A stretch of 64,000 bases of DNA from Octopus sinensis. Taxonomy: Eukaryota. How positions within the stretch are numbered: position 1 is the first letter of the stretch; each line of letters begins with the position of its first letter. The notes beneath the pieces are model-generated. The model did not search any database. It was not told the DNA's origin and was given only the letters and a program-made list of their open reading frames with translations. The position numbers and the translations under genes are program-made. Of this stretch, positions 26,001 through 40,800 are shown piece by piece. Location: assembly GCF_006345805.1 (NCBI RefSeq), contig NC_042997.1, positions 16,864,001 through 16,928,000 on the forward strand, in the 5' to 3' direction.

Positions 26001-27036
26001 CTACCTGACCCATGAAAGCATGGAAAATTGGATGTCAAAACAATGATGATGACGAAAATTTGTAGTTTTATAAAAATGGAAACGAAGGGATATAATGCTC
26101 TTCACTATCCTTTCTTTAGAACAGGTATTAAACTAAAATGTTAAGAAAGTATAGTTAATTATTTCAAACCCAATCACTATCCTGTAACCTTAGGTAAATG
26201 TAAGACAAATTTTATTTTCATCTAGAATTTGTATTAAGAATTGTGAAGGATGAAAATATTAGCTTTCAGCAATCTGTTGCAGTTATATCTTCACCTTCTC
26301 TTGTGACTTTGTAATATTATTAACAATAAATCATATTAATAACAGAAGGTCAGTTGGCAAAGAAATGCCATTTTGTTTTTTAAAATTTTCCCATCTACAT
26401 TTTTTCATGTAACTGTTAGATCTAAAAGTTCCATCTATTCAATTTGTACTGAAGGGAAGTTTCCTTTCATATAGTGACTTATTTCAGTATTTGGGACAAT
26501 TTCTTATATCAATTGCTCATTTTCTTCATCTTATACTTTTAGTTGTGTGCTTTCATTTGTGCTGCTTTGCAGCCAGTCTAGTATTTAGTTGTGTCACAGA
26601 AATGTGTGATGACCATTTTGGACACGAAAATGCAATGTGTGCAAAATAAATTTTAAAAGATTGTGAAACACATGATATTTTCTGTTGCCTATCCATTTCC
26701 TGAGTATAAAGGGCTGTCCTTTCTTAGAAAATTATAGTTCCTTTTATGAGCACTCCAAGGAAATTTCATTTGGAAATGCCTGAACAAAATAGGTTTTGAA
26801 AGTTGAAGTAAAAACAGCATTTTCACACAGCTAGAGCAGAATATTAATAATGATAATAATAATAACATAGAAGATATATTTATACTTGTATGAAGAATGA
26901 ATTTATAATTATTTCCTATGCAAAGATTATAAAGTAAATTAACGTTTTTATTTTTGTGAATATTCTTGAAATGATTGAGAGTTTTTCAATGGTTTACAAT
27001 ATTTCTGGCAAATATTCTGGGATGGTGACAGCTGGA

Positions 27037-27101
<65 letters not shown>

Positions 27102-27377
27102 AAATCAAAATAGATAGATAGGCTATGCTAAAGACATATTTCACCCCTGCCAATATAGGAAAGCAGACAGAGTGAAAAAAAAGAGAAAGTATGATAAAAA
27201 TTAAAGAAAAGGAAAAAAACTGGCTTTCCTGCTGTTGTTAACACTAATGATGATGAAGTTGATAGTGATGATCGCAATGATTTTGTAGTGACTATTCCTA
27301 AAACCTCTTTGTAAATGGCATTGAAAGTGACAGGTTTAAAACTGTTTTTATTATTTTTGTTGTTATTGTTACTGCTG

Positions 27378-27427
<50 letters not shown>

Positions 27428-27577
27428 TCTTTTATTCAAATTTGATCTCCTGAGAAATTTTATTCATATCATGTGTTGGCCTAATGTCAAACTAGATAAA
27501 GGAAGCTACTGAAAGATCCTTCATTTATCAGACTTAGAAATTATACTAGATTCATAATTTGAGTGTGTTTGCAAGTG

Positions 27578-27609
<32 letters not shown>

Positions 27610-27623
27610 TGCGTGTGTGCGTG

Positions 27624-27660
<37 letters not shown>

Positions 27661-28571
27661 GTGTGTGTGTGGTGTGTGACTATGTGTGTACATATGTGTG
27701 TGTGTGTGTGTGGTGTGTGACTATGTGTGTACATATGTGTGTGTGTGTGTGCTTGTATCTGTGTGAGCATATGAACTGATTTAAATAGTCTGTATGCAAA
27801 TGTTTCATTTGAAAATAAGATGACGGTTGAGAATCAGATGCTAACGTGACTGTTATGTATGTGTGTGTGTGTGCATGTGTGTGTGTGTGTGCATGTGTGT
27901 GTATGCACGCACACACACATACGTGCACACACACACACACATAAAGCATGTACATAAATACAAATGTATGTACATTTATATGCATGTATGCATTACATTT
28001 ATGTATGCCTAAATATGCTCTTATGTATATATATACATTATATATATATATATATATATGCAATTTTTACATGTGTAATTATATATCACTACTTAATTAA
28101 ACAAATGAGTGCTACAAGAAATAATTCAGAGTGGCCAGCAGCATGTAGTTGAACAACAGAGACAAATACAGGTATTTCAAATACTACAGATTTTTGATTT
28201 AATATAATTATCTCCACCTCAAGAGAATGTGCCACCATTACCAAAGCTTAACTACAGCCCATTTTGGAATACTGCTCACATATCTCAGATAATACTCCTA
28301 TTATGCATACACACACATCCTTAACTGTGTCCAAAGTAATGCCATCAACCTGTTTGATAAAGATCAAAATATTGCAAATACATAGTTATGATATGATGTT
28401 TCCTCTCCATCTCTCTGTGTCACTTCTATTTCTTCAATGGCTTCTGCTTCCTTGAACAAGCTACTTGCATATTGACTCCGTATCTTACCACCTAACTCAT
28501 CTTATATTCTCTTGTAACCCCCTTCTCTGGCTCATATTCAAGGCATTGCATTAAACACCATGTCCTAACCG

Positions 28572-28623
28572 GTTTCCAGAACTGGAGTGATTTCCAGTGG
28601 GAAATCAGTCCAGTTCTGGAAAC
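28572..28623. other. 52-nt near-perfect hairpin
   Basis: GTTTCCAGAACTGGA-G-TGATTTCC-AGTG-GGAAATCA-G-TCCAGTTCTGGAAAC: 15 bp, one mismatch, 8 bp, 4-nt loop. Confidence 0.9.
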
Positions 28624-29149
28624 AGGTACCAATGATTTTCATCAACTTAAACAAAAACTGTATCAATTTCAGTAATTAGGAAGGCTTATAATAGTTATTG
28701 TAACAGTTACATTTCTTCTTGATTCCAGAAAGCCCTATGAAAATGTAAAACACCTAAGAGTTCAAAAATCTCCCACAGTTGTAAAACAAACTCAGTAAGT
28801 TATGTAACCATGAAAGTATTCAACTTATACCCTACAGTGACATATAACTGCATCCCACTAAAATGAAACATTAAGAAGAAATGGTTTCTGAGAAAATCTA
28901 GAATATATGAAACTGCTTTAACTGAACTCTGAAATATTACTTGCAAAATTTTTGTTAGCAGTGGTAGAATAAAATATGAGACTATCTAGTCAATGATCTG
29001 TGATGCTGTGTTAGTATGTGGATATTTTGGAGATATACAATGCATTATTAGATCCCATTTGTCTACAGAGGCATTGTATCCATAATTTTCCAACTCGAAT
29101 TTCCTGTCTCATAGTACCTATATTCCTTTTTGTACTGACACAAGTATTC

Positions 29150-29520
29150 ACACACACACAAAGATGTGTGATGCCTTTGTCATATTTTAATTGTATTCTC
29201 TGTAAGTCCCATGGAATTCTTCATTCTATGGTTGCTGTTATACTTGCTCTGAATACTGTCTTAGAGAGGAAGCATCCTTTAAAACAACAATTTTGGATGT
29301 TTCTGTCAGTGCAAGCTGGATTGTGGGAAAAGGATAAATGGATGCATTTCTTAGATTATGATTTGGGATTTGGTAAGTAATTCTTTTCAGGCAACAATAG
29401 CTGACCATAACATTGTTCATGTTGAAGAGCTTCTGAGACTGATGTGGTTGTTGGGAAATGTCTATTTCTGGGTATATTGAGGATTAATTTTGATGCGGTA
29501 ACTTCCTCTGACCTACAATA
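29150..29520 (-). pseudogene. Decayed Penelope-like element fragment (RT-to-GIY-YIG linker)
   Basis: KLFNMNNVMVSYCCL...HNL...CFLSKTVFRASITAT...GLTENTIK resembles PLE LFNKNTVKVSYSCM..HN..CL...VVYKA.V..YIGLTE.TFK. Confidence 0.6.
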
Positions 29521-30539
29521 TATATTTGGGTAGTATTTGGTTTGGTATATTATAGTTCTAAGTACAACTTCTGGAAATACATTTTTGTCTCAATTTTCTA
29601 GGTTTCAGTAAAATAAGTACCATTAATAAACTGCTATATTTTTATTTGCTTTAGCTTGCTTATTTTTCTAGTGGGAGATCTTGTTGTTATGACATTGATA
29701 AAACTATTAATGTAAAACATATAGCTGGTGTGACTGCTTTCGCTGTTTTTATTGTTGCTGTGCTACTTGTGATACAACAAGTTGGTGTTGCTATATATTA
29801 TACTTAAATATGAAGTAATTTTATCCACACCATTCACTGCCCAGAGGCAGTGATATAGCTAGTTATGGCATAGCAGAAACAGTAACAGCAGACACATCTT
29901 AAAACAGTAGCAACAATAACAACAACATAGATATTATTATGGTTTCTCTTCTCTCAGCGATAAAGAGAAAATGAATTTGCTTTTAAGCTGCCTCATTTAA
30001 TTCCATCATTTGAAGTAAAACGAAGTCCAACCATATTTTTATTATTGTGTTTTCTTCTTTCTCCTCGTTTTCTTCATGTTCTTTATGACTGTGTATGTGT
30101 GTGTATGTGAGTATTCATCTGTCTGTTCTTGAATGTTTCAGTATGTGCATTATTGTATATGGAAGTTGAACATCTCAAATTTCTTCTGAACATTATATTT
30201 CCTATTAATAACATAGAAGTTGCCTAATACATTTACTAATTTATCATCAAACCAAGCTGCAGATTAGATTTAATCCAACCTTACTTTGCTTTTGATATTA
30301 TATTTCTATACATACATACACACATATACAGGGTACATGCGTGTGCATACACACACACATACACACACATTTTTCTTTCTTAAAGTATTCCATCAAGATG
30401 CATAACTTTTACTAGCTCAGCCCACTTAGCTCAGACTAAAAAGAGAAATAGAATTGTTACTGCCTCCAGGTGTGTCAAAAGTTAATTAAAAAAAGAAGAG
30501 ATATTTTATTATTTAGTCTTGAGAAGTGGGACAGTGCAT

Positions 30540-30720
30540 TTAGCCTTGGTTGCAGGCTTCTCAGACTTGGGGTGTCAGTGCAGTTGATGTTCATTATAAA
30601 CTTCAGTTAGTTGATGGTATCTTATTTGGTGTGGTGATGCAAGGAAGAAAGGATCAAGTGTAGGAGTTCCAGAAGGTTTCAGTTTTGAGGAAGAAATATT
30701 ACATGACAAACTTACTACAG
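30540..30720 (+). pseudogene. Very degenerate non-LTR RT fragment
   Basis: gtaggagttccagaaggtttcagttttg resembles the GVPQGSVL motif. Confidence 0.3.
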
Positions 30721-31903
30721 GGCTTGGAAAGTGGAACATAGGTAAAAAGCACAATAACGAGATGGTATTATCAAATAAATTTGAATCAGGGTAGAATACA
30801 GATTTTGCAGTTTAGAGAAGCTGAAGCTAGCAGAAGAGAGAGAAATAGATAGATAGATAGATAGAGCAAGAGAGAAAGAGATGGAGAGCGAGAGAGAGAG
30901 AGAGAGAAGCATTGTGCTATGTGCTGGCTATTGAAATTTATCAGGGTTGTGTGGCATAGCATTCAATTTCTTTTAACTTATATTCAGTATGTAACTTTAT
31001 GAAACATGCCATTGGCTGCAGGTTCTCAACAGACCAACCAATGGTTCATTGTATTTCTGATGTTGAAAGCAATATAGGACTACCTAACTCGCTGCAGAAT
31101 AAATATTTTAGGGTCTTCATTTGTAAAGTACTGGTATTTTAGGTTTTCTTGCCAATGTTTTTATGAAATACTGATATATGTTCTGGAAAAATACATGTCC
31201 ATGCATGCATGTATATGACTGGAGTTTCTGCATAGTTTTCATTTACCAAATTTAGCTATCTAAAGCTATCATAAAAGATATAGGGCCATGGTGTTATGTA
31301 GTTGGATAGAACTCAGAACAACAGTGATGTAAAGTAAACTCTTTAACCATGCAGACATGCTTGTGAACATTTATGCCTTTTTCTGGCTTTATTGTGTTAA
31401 GTTGACAATTGATGAAACCTTGTTCTAGAATATTATAGGTAACATTTTCAAAAGATCTGGTAAGTTATTCCTGAAAAGTTAAGTCAAAAGGTATTGAGAA
31501 GAATTTTATTAGTAAAATATCTCACCACTCAAACATATGTACACATATATACTTGCATATACAATCTTATCTGCTGCAATTTTTAATTCAAGACCTATGA
31601 ACTTGTACAGTTATGATTTCTACTTTAATTTCTCAGCATTTTCAAGACATGAATTTAACATTGTAAGTAATGGTTAGTATGATACAACTAATATGTACTT
31701 TATCAGCATGAAATATAGATTTCAAATTTTGGCACAAGGCCAGCAATTTCGAAGGAAGGCATAAGTTAATTACATTGATCCTAGTGTTCAACTGATACTT
31801 ATTTTATTGATCCCAAAAGGATGGAAGGCAAAGTTGACCCAGGTGGCATTTGATCAGCATGAAATATTGAAATAAAAAATCTTCTCTTGAGTTTAGTAGA
31901 GTG

Positions 31904-31969
<66 letters not shown>

Positions 31970-34239
31970 GTGTGTGTGTGTGTGTGTAAGGTACATCACC
32001 AGTTTGATTTATCCAGAATATATGGCCTGTAATCAACTCTTTATGCCAGACCAATATCATCTAAACTGAGACCATTATTATATGATAGTGATAGGACTGA
32101 AATGGTGTAGTGAAATATCAAAAGTCCATGCTTTTATTAGGATTTGAACTTATCATTCTCTAATAACAAAGCATATGTCAATTATATATTTTTACTACTG
32201 CTTACAGTGATGTACTGAATCTATTTATTTATCTTGCATATCTATTATTAATTTCATATACACTTCACATAAACTTTTTAAAACTTTCTCTATTTCACTT
32301 CTTACCTATCACAGCAAAATACGCAAAATCTTTCCTTTACTCATTTTGTTTTTAAAAAAAATACAAGAACTTAAACTGTGAAATACAATCGAAGCAATCA
32401 ACCTATCTTGTTTACATTAATTTTTAAAGACAATTTCTCTTCACCTTTTGTTGACTGATTCTTCAAGTCAAACGTTCACACACAAACACAAATCCTCACA
32501 CTTGCACAGACACAGGCATCTATTTACACTCATGCACACATCTGTTTTAGAATCTTTCCTAGTTGCTTTAAATCTGCATTCTCAGTCAGTCGGTCAACTA
32601 TAACCTATCCCATCCTATCATTCTGCTATATCTCTATTACTCCTACACCCATCATTCTTAGAACCTTCTTGCAGTCTGTGTGAGCAGTTAGCCACTCCCT
32701 CATCTCTCTCAAATAAGCAAAACTTTAATGTTTCAAACTACAGTCAGGAGTAGGTGTGGCACTCAATGAAGCTTAAGTAACTGTCGCATTTTCATATGAT
32801 ATAGAAATATGTACAGTTGAATACACTTTGCATTGAGGTCTTTACCTGGTATTATTTTGATTGGTGTTAGCATAACAACTGTGTATGGTAAACACATATA
32901 TATTAATAAATGTGCAAACACACATGTGTGTAATTTTGAATATATGACTGCTTACTAGTTTATCAAGGTTTTTAATATTTTGTAAGAGTTCCTTACAAGT
33001 TGTTTAGAATAGTGAAGTTCCTAAATAACAATAATTTTGTGTGTTGGGTTATGTATAATGAAAGTAAAAAAGGTGTTATGAAATTATGAGAGTAGACTGA
33101 AAATAAAATGGCCCTAATATCATAATATCCTGTAATTATAGCTAAGAGCTACAGTAGTGTAAAAAAATTTTCGTCAATAAAAATGATGTTGATGACCTTC
33201 AGGATAGCATTTGGAATCAACCTTGTACATTTATTTAAGAGTAAATGCAAAAATATTTTCAAGCATATAAAGACCAAAAAGAAACCAGGTTGCTATTCAG
33301 AATCATGCCAGAATCTAAAAGGCATCAGAAGATATATTTTTTAATCACAAATATGTGTCTCTAATGAAGTGCTAACTTTTCTATAATTATATCAGAAAGT
33401 TTAGTTATGTTGGTTGAATGTAAGTTTAACTGTTTTAGTAGTTAAGCCTATGTATGTAATTCTATTAAAATGAATATTCAGTTTAAGAGTCACTTAGTAT
33501 ATGGTGAATTTAAACTTAGATTCAGCCAGCATAACTAGCAGAATCATGGAAAATTTGGTATTTCATTAGAAACTGGTATTTTAGAAAATTTATTAGATTT
33601 TGAAACCCCTTAATCAACAACCCAATATATTTATCTTAAACACATAGAATTAATATCTTGTTATTCAGTTATGAGAATATATACATACATACATGTATAT
33701 ACATCCATACATGTGTGTATATATATATATATATATAAAATATTGTTGAATACATATACTAATGTATATGCTTTGTGTATTTTTTGGTGGCTGCAATGGC
33801 ATAGTGGAGTATATAACTCTCATGTCATCAGTGTTAAAACACCTTAGAGCCATGGACAGGCAAGATAACTCACCTTCAGTTCCATATGCGAGTGATAGAC
33901 ATCGATGTTTTGCCAGCCTAGGCTGGTAGGTAGTGTTGATATGCCACAAAAATGGCAAACATCGATGTCCACCACTCTCAAATGGGATTGAGGGTGAATT
34001 ATCTTGCTTGTCCTTGGCACTAAGATGTTTTAACTAAGGTGTTTTAGTAAATATATAAACTGTTATTTGGTGTAAATCATAATTCTATAAAATAGTTGCA
34101 TAGAGTTAAGTTGGTGGGAGCTGAGATAGATATATGTTATAGTAGAGATAAATTTGCAGGACTAGAAGTAATATTTGTTTTAGTAGATTTAATAGTTAGA
34201 TTGAAGGTAGTAGCGGCGCTTTTGGTCTTTGAATGCTCT

Positions 34240-34680
34240 CCAGTAACATTCATCTAGAACAATTGTAAGTTGATAGATGAAAGGAAAATGTGCTGGGAAG
34301 AATTCCCAGGGATTTGAAACACTGGGGAGGAAGGACTAGGAGTAGTGTTTAGTGTGGGTCCTAGAAAATCATCTAAAAGATGTAGAGAGAATCTTAGTAC
34401 CAGTAGAAAAGTGTGAGAAAGGGAACAGAATGTTTGTGGGTCAGAGTATGTTGGTGAGTGCCTTCATGCTAGTTAATAAAGAAGTATTTCTTTGGATGCA
34501 AGCTAGGATGTCTGTGTGTACAGCAGCAGCATCAGTCCAAATGCAGGGGTAGTACTCAATTGTAAATTTTACCTGAGCTTGAAAAAGATTAGTATTTGTT
34601 TGAACACTGAAGTATTTTCTGGATCTGAAGAGGAAATCTAGTCTTTGAGATGCTGTCTTTGCTTTTTTAAGTATGTGCAT
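34240..34680 (-). pseudogene. CR1/L2-clade LINE RT C-terminal fragment
   Basis: HILKKAKTASQRLDFLFRSRKYFS...FQAQVKFTIEYYPCIW..AAAVHTDILACIQR...RTHTKHYS*SFLP...PW-SxH, typical of the CR1/L2 ORF2 end. Confidence 0.75.
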
Positions 34681-35904
34681 TTAAACCATCAATAACAAAA
34701 AAGAGTAAGCAACAATAACACAAAGTAATCGTAGTTTGAGGAGGAGAAAGAGTTACAATTTCCTTTTATTTTGGGCAACATTCACCTAAAAGAATTGATA
34801 TTTAGAATTTGAATCCATCTAATTAAAAACTACTATCAATAGAAATTTTACATTTCAATAAAAATAATTGATATTATGCTTGCAAAAGCAAGTTGAAGTA
34901 GTTATGAGATCAGACTGTTTTAAGCTTAATAACTTGCCCCATTTCATACTATCAAGTCTAGACACATTAATATGTGAATTTCATAAGTATATTTGAAATG
35001 AATGAATAAATTTATGAATTGCAATCCCAAATTACACAGATTTTCAAGATTACATCTATATACCATACTGAATTTTTCTTCAAATAACACTCTTTTGTTT
35101 AAACTTCTTAAACATGTTAGCTGAATTCAAAATAATTATAAACTACTAGGAAATTTTCACTCAAGTATTAACTTACTATCATCTATTAACTTATTTCACT
35201 TTATCATATTAGTCATATCATATTATAGTATTTGTTGAAATTCCTAAACTATGCATCATTAACATGGAATTTCCCAAATTTAAATTTATTTTTAGTCATA
35301 TATGTAATACCCTCATTGTTTGGGTTTTTGGAAACCCAAGTGAAAGCTGAAATATGCTGTTCAACAACTAAACAGTAGATTTTTTGCTGTTTCTTTGTTC
35401 CTTATTTATACAAATAGGCACATCCTTCTATGCACAAATTACATATACTTGTAACCTCTTCTCAAGAAGTTTGAGCAACTGGAATAAGGTCAGCCACAGT
35501 GTCATTTATTTCATAGCCATGAAGATTTATTTCTGACATGTTCAGAGCAAAAATGTTCATTCATTGTCTTCTATTGATGAACATTTAATGTGATTTATTG
35601 ACCCTATCTAATAAGGAGTTAGGATTTAAGTAACAATGAAAAATTTATCCAACCATGACCACTCAGATCATATTGGTCATAAACAAGTCAAAAACGATGT
35701 AAAATTGGTCACACGTGGACAAACTCAATTACCAAATTAGTCTTTACTATTCTATAGTAATATTAGTTAATATTTTTCTGTTTGTGTAGATTGTGTGCTT
35801 TTAACAAAATCTATTCCCTCTAATCATTTCTTCTGTAAACTTTATATAATTTATATTATTTCCAATAATTTTAACATTTTCAATAATTTATCTATTTAGT
35901 TATC

Positions 35905-35946
<42 letters not shown>

Positions 35947-36125
35947 CTAAATATAAGAAAAGTCGATATCTTTAACATTTGATTATTTTTTATTATACTT
36001 GGTTTACTCATTAAAAATATATTTCAAAAGTGTTCCTGAGCATTCTTGTATGTATATTATTTGAATATTATTAAACTCAAAGTAACTGGCAGGTCTACCA
36101 TAATTCAAACTTACATAGATTCTAT

Positions 36126-36244
<119 letters not shown>

Positions 36245-37506
36245 GAAATTTATTTTGCAATGTTTCATATTACTGTTTCCTTGACATAAATGGAGAGAGT
36301 ATGACATGGAACAAAATGATCTTTTTAAGAAAACATTATAAAAGTGTAGGGGAATGGCTTAAAAACCAATATTTCACTATCAGTCTTATTAAGCTGCTAC
36401 ACTAACATCTGGAAAGTCATGAGTTTAAAGCTAAGTTAGAAGATAAAGGACAATGAAAGGGTTTTTCATATCCTCTGGAGTTAGAAGATTATGACAACTA
36501 AGTGGATCTAGTACTATTAATATTTTTTTTTCTCTCTTAAATGTTTATACGTTCAGTCAATAGTAAAGGAATGAAAAGCATCATTTTCAATTCCTGTGTA
36601 TGTGAAATTTATTTAATCATAAATATCTACATCATCAGTTCTCAACCTTTTATTATCATGATTCATTTTCGCAAATGAATAATTTTTCATGACCCTGCTC
36701 CTTTTTTAAATCTTTAAATTAAATCAGTTTTTCAGAAATTTAATAAAATGAAAATTTCAAACTTGGAGAAATAATTTTAGTTTTTGTTAGCATTAATTGT
36801 TGTGTTGGATGTTCTATATTTTAATGTATAACAGATTCATAAACATTTTACATTCTATCAAATATCGTCAAAAGTATGAGATTTTACATATAAGGTTATG
36901 AATAATTGGCTGGGAACCACTGGTATAGACTACATCAATACCAGTTCAGCGAAATGTAGTTGCAAAATAGAAAGTCGAAAGGTATTTTTTGGGGGGGGGA
37001 CATATACACATCTGGTATTAGATTCAGTCTTACAGCATGGTACATTGGGTAAGGTGCCCAACAGAATGTTGTCCAAGGCTAACCAATAATCTGTGAAAAA
37101 ATTTGTTTGTCAAAAGCTGTCCATTGTGTGTGTGTGTGTTTATGATCCCCTCTCATTGGTTGCTAACTGGTATAGGTTTGTCTTCCAGTTTAGTAGTTCG
37201 AGAAAAAAGAGAATGATAGAATAAGTACTTGATTAAAAAGGAGTACTGGAGTTGATTAGAATGATTTTAAAAATCCCTTTCAAAGCAGTGCCCCAGTATA
37301 GCCACAGTCTATTGACTGAAACAAGTAAAAGAATGAGAAAAAATCTCCAGTGTAAAGCTTCTTCAACAATTTGATATATCTAGATTGAAGGATTAAGAAA
37401 ACTGAAAAAACAACTTTATGCTTTCTTTGTGGACCATAATTTTTGTATCAAATTTATGTTAGCTTTATATTAAAAAAAAAATAATGGTAATAATTATTTT
37501 ACTTAC

Positions 37507-37880
37507 TGTCCACTGAATAATTAGTTTTCCTGTTTGGTCTGTTCTTGTCCAAACTTCTTTAGGATTTCTATCGGGATGTTTTGATGGTGCTGAGCATGTT
37601 TTCTTTGTAGGTAAACTAGGTTTTGAAAGACCAAGTTTATTCTCAGCTAGCATGCGTATAGAATATTTTCCCCATGGACGCAAATCCATATAATAATTAT
37701 TCAAAGCTGGTTTGATTGGTTCTTCATAGGTACGCCAAAGTGAAGGATTATGGGAAGAATTATATTGAATGAAATATGCTGAAATGCGAAAGCCATTATC
37801 ATTGCCAGGACTCCAAGAAATTTCAGCTCTGCCACTGGGACAGGTCACAAATTTTACATCCACAGGTGGGTCAGGAACAC
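37507..37880 (-). CDS. Nrg: Internal coding exon of a neuroglian/L1CAM-family cell adhesion molecule (FN3 domain 1 plus start of FN3 domain 2)
   Basis: Open frame (x)GT-VPDPPVDVKFVTCPSGRAEISWSPGNDNG...YFIQYNSSHNPSLW...LRPWGKYSIRMLAENKLGLSKPS...TCSAPSKHPDRNPKEV...LIIQWT. This matches the neuroglian FN3-1/FN3-2 pattern (AEIxW, DN, IQxNxS, PWxxYxxRxxAxNKxGxSxPS, CxxxPxxPxxNPxxV, LxIxWT), including the Cys pair. Acceptor tatttctatttcag at 37881+ (phase 1); donor gtaagt at 37506-37501 (phase 0). Could be a paralogue rather than the orthologue. Confidence 0.9.
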
Positions 37881-40800
37881 CTGAAATAGAAATACAATTA
37901 ACATTTCATTAGAAAATACAAAATCAAAAATTAAAGTAAATGAACAAAAAAAAAAAGACAAAAGACAAAGTAATTGAAAAGACAATGTATCAAACAGGCT
38001 GGTAAATAAGTGTTCTTATGTATTAAGGTACCTGACTCCAGAAAGACATCTAGCAATAGTAAAATATGTAATTGCCATAAATACAGGGCCTCCATTGGTC
38101 AGAGCTGACTATGTGACTCCACACGTATGCACAGGTCAGGCAAGGATTGTAAGTCAGCCAGCTGTTCCTGCAAACCACAAATATTTATTCAAGTGTAAAG
38201 CTGTTAATTTGGGGTGATACAGTTTGATACCAGTATTGTGGTAGGAACTGCTGTCAGAATGCAAAGAACTGAAACAGATACCACAAAGCAACTTTCTCAA
38301 TTCTTTAACAGTTCTGTCAATTCACCACTCTGGAATGGTGCTTTTTACTGACTTTGAAAGGATGAAAAGCAAAATTGATTTTAGTGGGATTTGAACTCAG
38401 GGTTCAGACAGATGGGACAAATGCCAATGTTTTAATGACTACCAATTTGCTGCTGTCTAGATCAGCAGATTTGTTCCAGCTATTCTTGCCCTGATAAACA
38501 TATTAAATGAAAATAAAACAAAGTAGAATTATTTCCTCTCCATATTTTGTAAATGGTTTTAATTTTTTTTCTCTTACTTTTCTATATTGGATTTATTAGC
38601 TTCAAACCAAACTGGCTGGAATAATGCTTTTTCCATTAAATTGGATGACTGAATGATTGCTGTAAAATTCAGCACCAGATCAAATTGCTTAATAGATGAT
38701 CTTATCAGTTATCTAAAATTCTAAGTCAAAACATATTCCAAACTAAATTCAAGATTTCCTCATTCCAGAATGAATAAAAGAACAAACCAATAGTATTAAC
38801 TGTGGCTTGCAATCACAGTATTGTTATTATTAGGGCAGAGGATAGGCAGAATTGTTTGAGTGGCATTTCCAGTACCTTCCATTCTTAGTTCAAATCAAAA
38901 CAAGTTGAATCAATAATGAGCAAACAGAAGAGGATCATGGTTTGGACTGTTCCAAAGTTACAGAAACAGAATTCTATATTGTGTCTCATTTTACTTTGGT
39001 GTCTCTGGTTAGTTGAAATCCAGTGTAATATTGATGAAGACACATCTTCTCAAGTCATATGGACACCAAGCCCTGAGACAAATTTTCTACTGGTTTCATT
39101 TTCACATCTAGCATTAGTGGAATAGTCTCAAGGTTTTCTTTCCACAATTGTATGCATGGAGATATCAAATAAAGAACTTTGGAAAATTTGTTCAAAAATT
39201 TAGAATTGTAATTTTAGACCTATTTTAAAGATGGTAAGAAGATTGTAGTATCATGAATAAATGGTCAAGCATGTAGTGTAAAGTGTTTTTAAGCAATCCA
39301 CAGAGTTTCACTCAACCAATAATCATTAATATCTGAGTTACTTATCTCAGTATTAAGTAAGACAAGTTAATGCTTCATAGCTGAGGTTGGTAACAATCTA
39401 AGGAATGAAGATATGCAATGTTAGTGGCCTGCACAATTGATGATAGCATAGAAACATGGATAAAGTAATGATAACAATGATGTTTCTACTACTTGTCAGC
39501 AGCATCAATATGTATGAGGTGTAGAAAAGTTTCAGAGATTTCACATTAATGTAATAATTGTTTCAAGGAATTTGCTTTGCTATCAGAATTAGATCAGGGA
39601 TTACAAACAAGCATCTTAAACTCTTCACTTATCAACAAACTACTTCTAATTCTTAGGGAAAATGAAGAATTGTAGAATAGTTATTAGAGTTTGGTTTTGA
39701 CAGACAAATATATAGCTTCTACCTAGACTGTTTATGACCACTGAAATGTAAAAATGAAAACCAAAGATCTATAAGAAAGTTGAATTATACACGATAAGAA
39801 AATTTGTTATTATAATTTGACATTGATTTTTCCTAGACACTTTTCTTACACAGATTTCTTGGAATTTCAGTGCTTCAATTGACTCAGACAGTTTAATGTG
39901 TTACCCAATAAAATGTAAAGTAATCACTGCAACTTAAAATAGCTATATTTTTCACTTACTTCTTCTCTCATTATTTTTTTATATTTTTCTTTTACCGATC
40001 TGATGCAAAAAAAAAACCAACAAAAAACAACAAAAATCTGAGACAACCCCTGTCAAGAACAGAAAATATAAAGGACAGCAAGACAAGAACTTTGGTAAGC
40101 TTTCATTTGTGTTTATTATTAGTGCAAACACGATTTGAAAGCCACATTAGAGAGTAGTTTATGGTGACCACCTTACTCACTGTCCAGAGCTTGAAGTACA
40201 TTACCTACAAGTCTCTAACCTTGTCAATTATATGATAGTTCTAGTTAATAACGTAGTGGCCAGCTACAATTACTTTCACTGTCAAAGATGTTATCACCTT
40301 CATCATTCATCAAGTAGCCATTATCTGTACCAAATTGGCACCTTCTCTAACAAGAATGTACTTTAGAAAGCACTTTACTATCATAATCATGCAAGCCCAA
40401 ATTAAAAAAAATAGAAGATATTAATGGCCTTGCCTTAACATGGATCTGTCATGTCACACAAAATAATTACACCATGGAGACTCAGGCCCAATTAGCATTT
40501 CTATTTCTTTGTTTATTTCTTATTTTAACCTTTAAAGATTATCTTTTCTGCTTCCTTAATTTCATCATCTGACTATATGTGTGTCATTGTGTGTGTGTGT
40601 GTGTGTGTATCTATATACATGTATATATTTATTTACTTATTTATTCTCGATTACTTGATGAGACAGAAAATATGGAACTTGTATTCAGATCTTCTGCTTG
40701 TCTTAACTAAGCTGAATAATTGCAAAATTTGAGAAGAATTGTTCTGCTAGAAATCAATTGGCATGGAGTGGCTTATTGAAAATGATATCTTTCAACATGA

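Noticed and set aside
29018-29380. 120-aa plus ORF ending at a gtaagt
   Set aside because: Antisense shadow of the decayed Penelope fragment.
38916-39125. 69-aa plus ORF with a hydrophobic, signal-like stretch
   Set aside because: No homology or splice support, on the strand opposite the host gene; expected by chance.
40274-40346. 73-nt minus-strand AG...GT segment that would join the FN3 exon in phase 1
   Set aside because: Weak donor (AAA|gtaatt) and the peptide RRCQFGTDNGYLMNDEGDNIFDSE has no Ig6 character.
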